Source: Perkinsus chesapeaki ATCC PRA-425
Taxonomy: Eukaryota; Protista; Perkinsozoa
DNA: 55,603 nt
NCBI GenBank assembly: GCA_013115145.1
Contig: JAAPAO010000192.1
Span: forward strand, 1 to 55,603
Direction: 5' to 3'
Below, one piece after another: positions 21,437 through 32,300 of this stretch. The first letter of the stretch is position 1. Each line of letters begins with the position of its first letter. Both the position numbers and the translations under genes were made by a program. The notes below the pieces were generated by a model, which saw only the letters and a list, made by a program, of their open reading frames with translations, searched no databases and was not told where the DNA came from.

Positions 21437-22705
21437 CTACATGATTGGTGGGTTTGGCGCAGTGAGGAAGCGAACCGAATATTGAGCAACATCAAGATTC
21501 CTCCTTTTGTAATAGTTATGTACTCCACCTTCAACGCGAACCAATGAAACATTTCTTGACCAAGGGCAATGCCAGTCTAGATACTTGAAGCGACCCTCGA
21601 AGAGTTTTGTTCGATTGAATGACTTCGAGCATCCCATCCTCTTCGCCCACCTTGCCATGTCAGCTCTAACTGAGGGGTGGCCGAAAAACCAATTCCCTTT
21701 CCACCAAACATAACCGTCTTCACTTCCATGAATGTGAAGCATCCTTTTGTCATTAGTAGAGTTATAAACCGCATCACACGCATCGAGGGCTGCAGATCCC
21801 CTGGCCATGAAGATGATACCAGCGATAGAAACGGCCCTCGACACCACATTACGACACATCAAAGTTTCAGCCATCATCCCACCATTGCTGTATCCGACAG
21901 CATAAACTGGAACCCATTCTGGAATACTCCATTCGGGGTCTCTTATCATTGCCTTGATGAACTCCGTGTCGTTGACAGAGGATGTAGCATGACAGCATCC
22001 TCCCGCGTTCCAGGCTTCAAGGAATACAACATTCTGCACCGCGCATGGAGTGAACAAGACAAACTTGTATTCCTCAGCATAATCCATCAAACGACTATAG
22101 TCTTTCCATTCATCGCAGTGACAATCCGTACAATGTAGGTTGACGAGGACAAAATTGAGTGAGGTTGTTGTTGGATAATAAATCCAATAGGTTCTATTCC
22201 CCTCGGGGCGTTCGATGGTCATACGTTGTTCAATACCGTTCCTCACACCAAGTCTCCTACCACTATGACTATCAGCAGGGGTCTCCTCAGAATAACGTGG
22301 CTGGAAGTTATCCTCCTCAAGATGTTGCTTGGTGCACTTAAAGATGGTACCATTCCAATTAACATCGATTTCATCCGAGGAAGAGTCATATTGGATAACC
22401 GACCATTGGGCTGGGGGGAGATGATAGTGGCGTAACATTTTCCCCAAATCTGTATCATTGCCATTTAGAACGAGCCCAGTGCCGTTGTAGTTGAATGCGA
22501 TACCTCTCACGTCGAGTGAATCGCCATACTCGGGCTCAGGCATACCAGACAGGTCCACAGTACCCTTAGTGGGGCTGGTAAGATCAACAAATATCTCAAA
22601 GAAGAGTACGATAGTGGTATCCGAGCCATAGGTGCCATTAGGCTGGGCGATTACATGACTTAACATGGGCATGGCCGCAGCGAGGTAGACACTAGAGTAC
22701 AACAT
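21437..22705 (-). CDS. Secreted esterase with a PHB-depolymerase/LpqC-like C-terminal domain and an unassigned N-terminal domain, intronless
   Basis: Signal-like MLYSSVYLAAAMPMLSHVIAQ; WNAGGCC...NDTEFIKAMI; GYSNGGMMA (nucleophile Ser); HIHGSEDGYV (Asp); GGVHNY (His). Confidence 0.85.
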   Translation of the reverse strand: MLYSSVYLAAAMPMLSHVIAQPNGTYGSDTTIVLFFEIFVDLTSPTKGTVDLSGMPEPEYGDSLDVRGIAFNYNGTGLVLNGNDTDLGKMLRHYHLPPAQWSVIQYDSSSDEIDVNWNGTIFKCTKQHLEEDNFQPRYSEETPADSHSGRRLGVRNGIEQRMTIERPEGNRTYWIYYPTTTSLNFVLVNLHCTDCHCDEWKDYSRLMDYAEEYKFVLFTPCAVQNVVFLEAWNAGGCCHATSSVNDTEFIKAMIRDPEWSIPEWVPVYAVGYSNGGMMAETLMCRNVVSRAVSIAGIIFMARGSAALDACDAVYNSTNDKRMLHIHGSEDGYVWWKGNWFFGHPSVRADMARWAKRMGCSKSFNRTKLFEGRFKYLDWHCPWSRNVSLVRVEGGVHNYYKRRNLDVAQYSVRFLTAPNPPIM

Positions 22706-23267
22706 TTCTCAGAGAAGAGATGCAACGTCAGACGAGGGAGGAGTTCCGGCGAATAGCGAAGCGTGATGCACGCGTGATGCTACGCGGTGATCATCGACGC
22801 GGCATTCGACGCTATCAACGGGCCGTCCGAGGGTATTTGAAGCTCACGAGCTCGAAGGTGGAATGAAATGTGCCCCGGAAATTCCGAATCAGAACCACTG
22901 TAGGGTAACTTTCGTTTTTTACGTTTAAGTATATTTTACCAAGCCAGCCCTGCCGATGAATAGGATTTGAATTCGCACGTGAGCTCTAGCCATAGCAGGC
23001 TCAAGTCACTCGTTTCCTGGTGCAAGCCCAACAGTCCGGCATTGAACGAAGAAGAATTAACCATCAGAAAATGTCAGCTTGGTACTATGAACTTTAACTC
23101 ACTGAACTCCTGAAAAGCCTCAAAAAGTACTACAGTAGTACTCAAGCACTACTGTACTTGAGCGAAAAATCATCCTGCGGGAGCTCCATCCAATGCGCGT
23201 GTTCCTGCCGAAACGACGCGGTAGGCAAGCGCTTTCCAGCACCGGCCAGTGTTAAGGTCCTTAACTT

Positions 23268-23387
23268 GAGGAAAGCGTCGAAATACCGAAGTTAAGAAAA
23301 GTATGGCTATCAGCAAAAAAGGTGGACCGAGGAAAGCGTCGAAATACCGAAGTTAAGAAAAGTATGGCTATCAGCAAAAAAGGTGGA
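23268..23387. repeat. 59-bp perfect direct duplication (period 61)
   Basis: gaggaaagcgtcgaaatacc...aaaaaaggtgga occurs at 23268-23326 and 23329-23387. Confidence 0.95.
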
Positions 23388-25606
23388 GCATCCGCGTCGC
23401 AAGGACACGGTAGGAAAGCAAAGAGATTCGGCGCCTCAAGCTCAGTTTAGAGCTCGGAGCGCGAGCCAGCCAACCGCCTTTGGCTGCAGAGCGATAGGGG
23501 TTCGTGATGGACATGAACGCCAAAGAGGAGCTAATGAATCTGGCGGTTTTAAAACGAGGTTTGTGGTTCTCTCCCGCACTCCCGTGTTAGTCGAGATTTT
23601 ATATGCCAGATCCATACTATTAATGCAGTCCAGTTACTGAACTCCACTATGACAAACTGCTGTAATCACACCTGTTAAGCTGCCTCCGTGCTCCTCAATA
23701 CGCGGAGCACTAGCTGTTATTAGCTGCTAGTGGATACTCGGATTTCACAGCGTGGTTCCAATACTTCCAACCCTTTAGCACGTTAGTGAAGCGCGTTTCT
23801 CACGTGCGAATAAATATGCCTTTTACGCCGTATGACACGTTACACACGGCACGTAGGACACGGATGACAAGGGAAATCTACTGTAGTGGTACTTGTACTT
23901 CAAACACCAACCGATAGCGGAGCGCTTAGATGTACCACTCAGAAACCTTATGAGAAGTTTCAGTATGGGTACACGTTTTCGAGCTCGAGAGTGAAACGCG
24001 TTTCGCGGCTAACGTGCTACACTAGCGTTTTACATACGATGTGATTCGCGGCGCGTTCACACTACAGTCCAGGGTCACCCCTTCGCATTGGGGCCCCCAA
24101 TGCGCCGGGGTTAGCTTGACGATGACAATGTCATGACATCATTCAATAGAATGGCTTTCCAATAATTCCAGGCACATCATTTGTGCGGCACAAAATGTGC
24201 CCGATATAGGCACCTGGGGCACAAACGGCCCCTACATTTGCCTTGGGTCACTTGCTGAAATGATTTCACTGAAATCTATCTCATCGCGCATGCATCCGGA
24301 GAGTTCTCTCAGCTTGTCCCGCAGAACGTTTCTTTGTGGTGGGAAGTTCAAGCTCGTAAGCTGAACGCTGAGGGAAGATGCTATATAGTTCAACAGCGGC
24401 GTCGCCCTCATCCCGCAGCGGGATCCCCGCTACCTTAATTTACTCCGGGCAAGTTGCTCAGCGACTGGGAACTATATCTATAGTCACAATGTGAGCCTGC
24501 GGCATGTATATGAGTCTCACACACATAGCAACGGCAACCTCACGCTGCCTCCTTGACACTAGCAAGCCCTATAAAATACGTTATCATGAATGTGCAAAAT
24601 GCGTATTCCATTGGTTTTATTACACGAAGTGTTACACGGTGTAGCTTACACCTACCCAACATATCGGTCTGTCTAGTTTCGCACAACGCGGAAAACACTG
24701 TTTTACACGTGGAACCGGTGAAACCCCAGTGGGATTACCCCCAGTGAGCGTGCTACATAAGCCCTAATTTGACACCTACTTGGTAACGCAAGCATAGTTT
24801 GAACTCTCGAAATGTTGCACGCTATATATCGGCAAGCTATAACTCTGTGCTAACTCTTCCGTGTTGTCTGACAGTGAATGCATAAATGGCGAGTGTAACG
24901 CGGTTACGTTTGTAAGTTGTGTGTAGCTAAGGCATCTTGGCGCTCGTCGAGTGTACTGAGAGGTCCTGAGCGGCCACGCGGAAAATACTGTTGCTGTTGA
25001 TATTCGAAACTGGTATACCCAATAACACACCAATTAATTGTTTCTCACGCGGCTACAAGTCAGTCTCTGGCTGGTCCAGTATAAATTTTTTCATTTCGGA
25101 AATCTCCTGTAGATCGTTGGCGGTCATGAGCAAGCGTCCAGGATCGAACGAGTAACTACAATACAACAACGCATGGAGGCTTCGCAAAATTTCGTTTGCC
25201 CTATACAGGTGGTCCCTCAGGAACTGTTTCTGTTACAGGAATCCTGTCACAGTAATTACCGACTATTAGCTGGATCTACAACTATTCTCAGAATAGTATT
25301 CTACAATGTGGCTACGTGAATGCACCGATCTGTAAGTATGCTCTAAATCGGTAAAGTCCACAAAGACAGCCACTAAATTGCAAGTTAAGCAGCACTGACG
25401 CAGCGTAGGTTATACTTACAGATTAACCTTCGCTAGCCCTCCGAGCGTTAATCGAGTCTTCCAGTCTGCTGCCAGCTTGTCAGTTCCGACCTTAAGATTC
25501 TCTAGGGTCCAGTCCTAGCCAATAGTCGCACGAAATGGGAAGGATGTTGATCTCACTAATTTCAGAGTGACGAATGCCATTTGAGATCGCCCGTTATTTG
25601 CTCCCA

Positions 25607-25903
25607 TCAAGAAGGCATCCTCAGTCGCTTTGCCTTCATGTGATATACTTGCCTGAAATGCTCTCGTTGAGAGAATTTCAGGCAATTGACAATTGGGTAT
25701 ACTGCCTGCAAGCATTTTACTACTCTCAAATGATCCAGTTCTTCTCGGAATGAGTATGAAACATCGGTTTGCATGGAGTCGGGTTCATCAAGTTCGCCGA
25801 TATCCAGCTCCTCTATATCCTTTGCCGCGTCAAATATTATCATTTCCGGCTCATAAGAGAGCGCAGTATGAACCGCGAGAAGCCAAAAGGCAAACGGCCG
25901 CAT
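25607..25903 (-). CDS. Possible 5' exon(s) of a small secreted hypothetical protein
   Basis: MRPFAFWLLAVHTALS (signal-like) followed by an acidic stretch. No family motif recognised and the 3' extent is unknown. Confidence 0.3.
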   Translation of the reverse strand: MRPFAFWLLAVHTALSYEPEMIIFDAAKDIEELDIGELDEPDSMQTDVSYSFREELDHLRVVKCLQAVYPIVNCLKFSQREHFRQVYHMKAKRLRMPS

Positions 25904-26571
25904 TTTTTCAAAAATACCTGCCGGCCAACCAGTAGGATTAACTTAATCGTTGATACCGTTTAGTTCGACGACGTTTAGTTCGACCATTTAGTTTAACTTC
26001 AAGCAGGCGACGCCAACACCATGAGGTTCGAGGGAGTCTCTGCTGCAGAGACACGGGTTGCGTTCTACATTGTAGACTGAACCGAATTTACGAACAAAAC
26101 CGTGTTTAGGTTAAGCCCCGAGTTGACACAGTATATAGAGATTGCAGTATTCTCATCGGTCAAGTTTTGCAGCGTGTAGGAGTTATAAGATATCTACAGT
26201 ACCACTTGGGATCTTGTATTCACTGTCACGGTTTGCAGAGCAGGAGAGACACCGCGAGCTCGCGTGACGGATTAGCCTAATCAGATTTGGTTAAATTCGA
26301 GTTGCGAGTATTCCTCCAGGCAAACAAACCTGTAACACTCTTCGAATACTAGAAATGCTAGTATTAAAAGGGAGAACGTCTACATTCTAGACTCTAGAAT
26401 GCTCCTTTTGTTCATTGGTTTTTAACGTTGTTCTTTGTGCATTTCAAAATAATGCTGAGGTGCGCAATACTTTCCGGGGAAAGTTTCCTCTTCCTGCACA
26501 TTGTTCGCCGTTGTCTATTTTCCAGTGTGCAGCAAAGCCACTGTGAATCAACACAAATCGAGCCCAAGTGT

Positions 26572-29370
26572 TTACGAACTTTGAACAACTCCATGACCAG
26601 ATGCCTCTAACTCTTGTATTCTTTTCTTCAGCAACTGTGCCTCCTTCGCCAGCTCTCCTCTTTGACGCTGTAAAGACCGGCCTGAACGTGCGTGAGGCTG
26701 GAGGCGCTCAGAAAGCGCAGCGCCCAGCTCCAGCGGAATGAGCACTGAACGAAAGCCAATATCCGTAGGCGCTGCCTACTGAGGTTTTCCAGTGATTCTC
26801 TTTGGCTCGCCTCCTTCCGCAACTTCTGTTCCAATTGCCCACGATCGCGCTTCAGAGAGTCAACCTCAGATCTAGAGAAGGCGGGTGAATCAGGGAAAGT
26901 ATCGCTTTCCAGTATGATGTGTATGATGCAGTTCGCCAATTAAATAAATTATAATTAAGCGTCATTTGATAAGTCCAGTTAATAATTGATTAAATTCTGC
27001 GAGTGGAGGTTCTATTAGTATTAGCCTAATTAAACTCCTCCTCTCCTTTGAGAATGATGCCAAGCCACAGTGAAAAGTCGTACAGATAGGATCAGCGTTT
27101 ATCGAGCAATACTCCTATATTGCATTGCAGTAATCATTCATGGTGAGAATTGAGGTCGCCCAACTAACTTGTGCTATACCCACTTCAGCTTCTTGAGTGC
27201 TTCAGTGGATTTGCTGAATATGCCTCCCATTTCTTCAACTTTACCACTGTACTCATCGATCTCACTGCGTTGCTTTTTCACACACACCATCAAAGCGTCT
27301 CGCTGCAAGCAATGTCGATTACCCATTGACTGATCTCGGAGGGATCAAGATTACTTCGCCCGAAAGTTTTTGGATCACTTCGCTCTGTTCATGGTGTGTT
27401 TTCTTGTACTGCTCTAATAGTTCTACCATAACCTTCTGCTTGCTTTCAGTTTCGCTGGTCTGTTTTGTAACATCCTCCAAGAATCCTCTCAGCTTTTCTC
27501 TGAGCCTGAATTGAGTCTCAATTATTGAGACGGCTTCGCATGAACCATATGAATCAACGTGGGAGCCCCAACGTAGGGAACAAGTCTCAATGTGTTGTGC
27601 CATCGATGGCCAGGATAAGTCGGTTTCAGTTTGTTTCAAACCAGCTCGCTCAGATCGCCCTTTCCTTGCCGCTTCCCACGGACACACGAATCGTGACCCA
27701 CGCAATGAGCTCGTATTTCGCAGACAGTACCAAGTGGGCGACTCGCCGAGGGCCAGGACGATACGGAAGTGAAAGCCTTACATAGCGTTTTCGTTTTCGG
27801 TTTTTTTCCTTCCCTCTTCCATCTCCTCACATTCTCTCTTAAAGTCGCTCATGACTTCCGTGACGGTTTTTTGCATATTTGCTTGCTTTTCTTCAACACC
27901 TACGAGTTGAAGGTTGCAAGAAGCTTTGAGCTTCACTGGGTGTAACCCGCTCTATGGCGTCAAGAGGCTTAAGCTGATATATTTTCGGCCCTTAAGTAGA
28001 AAGTCAGTCTTCAATCCAATGTCACATGTCGGAAAGACTTGTCATACCTTTTCGGAGAACCACATAAAAATACTCAATCTCTATAAATAAGCCAACTATT
28101 AAATTGCCTTTTGTGGACCCCTCTCACCCTCGCTGATCCTCCTTGCCTCTTCTCGAACCCTCCGGTTTTCTTCTTGAAGTGCTTTGCACAATTTTTCCAG
28201 CTTCTCGTTCATAACCGTTACTTTAGCAAGCTCCTGTACAACTGAAGACTCAAAGTGGCCAAAATTGCATGCTCCAGAGATCGCTTAGCACACAACAGTA
28301 CCATCTAAGTTTCATGATTAGGAACATAATCATTAGACGCATAATAGCGAGTGAATCAATGTAGATTTTCTAAGAGTTCCTCGCCGGCCAACGTCACGAA
28401 TGCCAGCAGGCGACGACGACGCTGCGAACGTACTGCTCAGGTCGGCTTTTTCCGATAGAACAAGAGATTCTGCGAAGAGCAGTGAGAAGATATCACGACG
28501 TGAAAGATAGAGAAAATGAGGAAATGTACGAAGAGTAATTCAGTGAATTACTAGCAGTAATTGACTCCAAATCGACACTGGGATGAATCGATTATTAGAA
28601 TGGATAAGACGATGATGGATGGGGAGCCGCATTGACCGGTCCACAGAAGTTTGAAATGGGAGTGACGCATCGGAGCGATTCGCTCCGACTTCGGAAGTCC
28701 AGGATTCAGGCATTCAGCGTGGAATACTGCGTGCAGTTGCCAGGCAGTTCCCACGATGGCGGGAGCGTGATACGTTCTATCATAGAGCGTAGCACGCTCC
28801 CGCCAACATAGAGCTTCTATGCGTGGCATGGCATGCGAGGACTATTTTGAGGAAGCGTGGCGACCTACATTTGTCTTTCATACTTCTCTCCTCGGCATAT
28901 TTCTTCTCGATTCTGTCTTGCTCTTTAACTGCATCCTCCACGATTTTCCATAGCTTATCACCTGAACAGACCAGCATAAACAAGGCCGATTACGAACCGA
29001 AGCAACATGTCGAATTGGTAATAACAGAACTATTCGGACTACTGCGCGAAGGCTTGACCATCCCCACGCGGAGATGTTTTGCGGAGGTAGTCCTGTTTTT
29101 CCAGATACATACATAGCAAACGGTAGAAGAAACTCCCTAGTCAAATAAGAAATCTCGTGTTTATCCGGCGACACTCTGATTCCATATCCTGCATATTCGG
29201 TTCGCTAAGCTAAACCTAATTCAAGCAACAGGACCACCTATGGTTATGTTCTTCGCTCCTGTGAGACACTCCTTCATCTTCTGTCCGTTCTTCAACACTT
29301 TCCGATGAAACTTGGCGACGCTGGAGGAATCGTTCACTTCCGTCGCCTCGACGACTTCCGAACTCGTCAT
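26572..29370 (-). CDS. Taxilin-like coiled-coil protein, multi-exon
   Basis: Colinear exons: EKLEKLCKALQEENRRVREE; LREKLRGFLE; EYSGKVEEMGGIFSKSTEALKKLK; EVDSLKRDRGQLEQKLRKE; and spliced LENLSRSLQRQRGELAKE...GVVQSS*. These resemble taxilin KLE-LCR-LQ repeats and the KFEEFQ-TL-KSN segment. Start at 29370 is tentative. Confidence 0.7.
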
Positions 29371-30643
29371 AAAAGTAGAAACTTGGATTGAAGACTGGGA
29401 GTATTCAGTGGAAAGGAGTACGAGAACTCATTCTGGAGCTCAGAGCTCCGAGCTCTATATTCCCTAGGGGAACCTTTCTCCGAGTCAACCATGGAGTGGC
29501 ATCGTGAGACTAAGAGCCAGTTTTATAGGATGACTGCAGCTCTACAGTTATCAAGTGTTCGAAAGTTCCTGTTATCAAAAACATTGACTACTCGTTCGGA
29601 AGACTGATTGCTGCCAATTTTCGAGACAAAACGGCGCTCCTGAATTTGCCTATTATTTCATAGCATCGTCACGTTATCATATAACGGTTATATACGATTA
29701 ATGTACCAGGCTCAAGCCAGCGGAGTCTTTCGACGCCAGTGAGCAGGTTACATCGACCTGGCCGAGGAAATCTGGCTCGATATTGGTGTTTGGTAGTCGG
29801 CTCGCTGGAAGGATAGCCTTTCGAGTTTCTCGATGCTAGATAATGTAGCACCCCTAGGAATGATTCCGCAATCCCAGAGAGACTAGTAGAAAGCCGCTCC
29901 TACCGACTCGGTAGTACCGAGATGTCTCTGTAGACTGCAGGCTTTAGTATAGAGTTAACGCCATAGATGTCCTGGAGCATAACAGCTACAAGGAAGCTTC
30001 ATGGAAACACCTTCAAACCTCCGTGCTCCACTCCATCCTTTGGCGGGGCAGTCACTGCCCGGCAGTGACTGAGATAAGTCGTTTAGCAAATGGTGAGCAT
30101 GCCATCACGCGGAGACTTATAATTATGGTGCATTGTTCACGGTGATATCATAACAGTTCAATTCTGAATTGACAATTCATTGGACCATGTCAAATGGCGC
30201 GCGCGGAGGGAAGATCAACGCATGCGTGCAACCGAAACATAGCTCAGCGCAATCGTCCTCTCGCTGTTTCCGATGTCGCCAGCCCCAGTATATCGCCTAG
30301 ACCCCCGGTCTAGTGGCAGAAAAGCGTTTGGGGCGTCCCTCGATCAGAGGAGTTAGTGGTGCGGTACTACCGCAGCGGTTGCATGATGCTAGTGGCATCC
30401 TTTTGCAAGCCGCCAAGGAGGGCTATTAGCCCTGGGCTAAGCTACTTGCATCACTTTTGCTTGCCCGGTTTGAGCCCGTGCCCTGAAGGCACCTACGGGC
30501 GGCCCACTGTGGGCCTCACACATGCTCTCGAGGTTGTTCAATCCTTTGGATTGCCCCTCTGGAGCTGCACTTCCGCGACATACGCCTTGGTTGAGAATTT
30601 CTCATCCGAGTGTGCTTGTCCGGTTAGTGCTCATTTTCCAATT

Positions 30644-32300
30644 ATGTCCGCTTCCTCTTCATCAACTGCGGCCGCTTACTTCCTCAGTATCTCCTTCGAC
30701 GACACACCTGACGACACCGCCGCTGTTCCAAAGCTTTAACAAGCCCTCAGCTCCACAAGTACCACTTCTGCTGCTGCTCTTTCTGAGCTGAGACAGACTC
30801 GAGCGAGGCTCTCTGCCAATACCTGGCTGAAGCGGAAGCCTATCCGGAGCTCCACCTTCTCAAGAGCGACAAGCAGGCCTCAGCGCTAGTCACGGCACAG
30901 TATCAACTCCTCGGCCGGTCCGCCAGTACCCGGGCAATGTCCGCGGTTTCAAACAGTCACAGGCGGAGTTGATGCGGCCCGATTTGCGACTCTCTCCCAG
31001 TCACTTTAGGGCGGCATCCCACCATCAGTTCTGGCGCCGTCTCAGCGACTACTTCGTGGTCTTAAAGACGATGTCGGGGATGAAGCTCACCCCTCATTAG
31101 ACGACTGCATTCTGCTCCTACCACAATCGCCCCCTTGAGTCTTCCACGCTCCTGCTGCATCCCGACGGTTTGATAACGTGGGCCGGACCTTCAACCGAGC
31201 GCCAGTTTGTGGGTGTTATTCTCGAGTACCACTACCTCTCGTCAAGAATTTTGACTCAAAATTACTCCCCAGCAAAGTTCTGACGCAGCCACAGTCGGCA
31301 ATTCGTCGGCGACTTGACGATGTCACGAGACGTGCCTGGCTCCAACCCCCTCCGGAGTCCCGCTGATAAGGCTCATCAGCTCAGCCTTCCTCAGCGCTCT
31401 TCTTGTGTCTTCAAGCGACGAAGACCTCACAAGCTGCGGGTCGCAGCTGGACAATACGAGGCGTCTGGTGGGCCACGCTTCGCGGCTTGTCAAACACCCC
31501 TAACTGTTTCAAACACTTCAGCGAAAGGAGTATTCGGGACTGCACCTCAGTTAGTCTCTTTCAGTTGGTCGGTGTACCTCATACTTGACGGCAGTACATG
31601 GTCAGTCAAGGACGGACAGCCCCAGGGCTGCACCCTAGCTTCCCTTACCACTTCGGACTTCGAAACATGCGTCCTTATGACTTAATGTGTCAGGCTGACA
31701 CATGTCATGTGTCATTGAAGCTCTACAGGCTCCAAACCCGCCCTACACGCCCGACTAGGACGGTCCTACACTTCCCTTCCTGGGCACGATTCCTTCAATT
31801 CCGCGTACGCTAGTGGGAGCCGTTGTAGCCTTAGCTTCACGTAACTGCTCATCGAGCACTGCTCGCCTCACCCAGCCGAGTGATACCTCGTGGTAGTGAT
31901 CAGTGACAACTGGGCATTCTGGTTGACAACCTTCCAGCAATCCACCGCCATCGATAATATCGAATCCCTTTCCGACAACCCCATTCTCTCGGAGAGGAGC
32001 CCATATCTCTGGATACGTTACTAAAGTCCGACTCTTCAAACTTCACCGGCAGGCTCTTCCGTCGTTCCCTTTACAAGGATGCCTTTGGCCTTTTACACGT
32101 CGACGACTTACTTTGGGTATTTCCTTTACGGTTGTTCACTATCTACAGGCCTCCGCTCCTACCTATTCAGCTGATTATGGGTTTCTCGTTTTCGTACGGA
32201 AGTTCTGCACTTGAATGACGACCGCGTCTCCTCTCACCAGGAGACAACTTTCAGGGGGTCGAATTTGTGCTCTTGGTGTAATCCGAGACAACAGATCGAG
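30644..32300 (+). mobile_element. Decayed reverse-transcriptase-like sequence (retroelement remnant or pseudogene)
   Basis: Motif-like pieces in the expected order: SSSDEDLTSC (~31405, motif A-like), YLILDGSTWSVKDGQPQGCTLAS (31574-31645, motif B'), LLHVDDLLWV (~32090-32120, motif C) and DYGFLVFVRK (~32175-32205, motif D-like). They are broken by stops and frameshifts. Confidence 0.4.

Noticed and set aside
22987-23005. Spliced-leader relic (tagccat-agca-ggctcaag); weaker look-alikes near 33630-33665 and 37451
   Set aside because: Only split 7+8 nt matches with wrong spacing, not positioned at a gene 5' end and with no SL-RNA context. Compatible with chance.
31755-32039. Minus-strand ORF as an integrase zinc-finger fragment
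   Set aside because: Only one His-containing stretch, with no HHCC spacing and no DDE core nearby.
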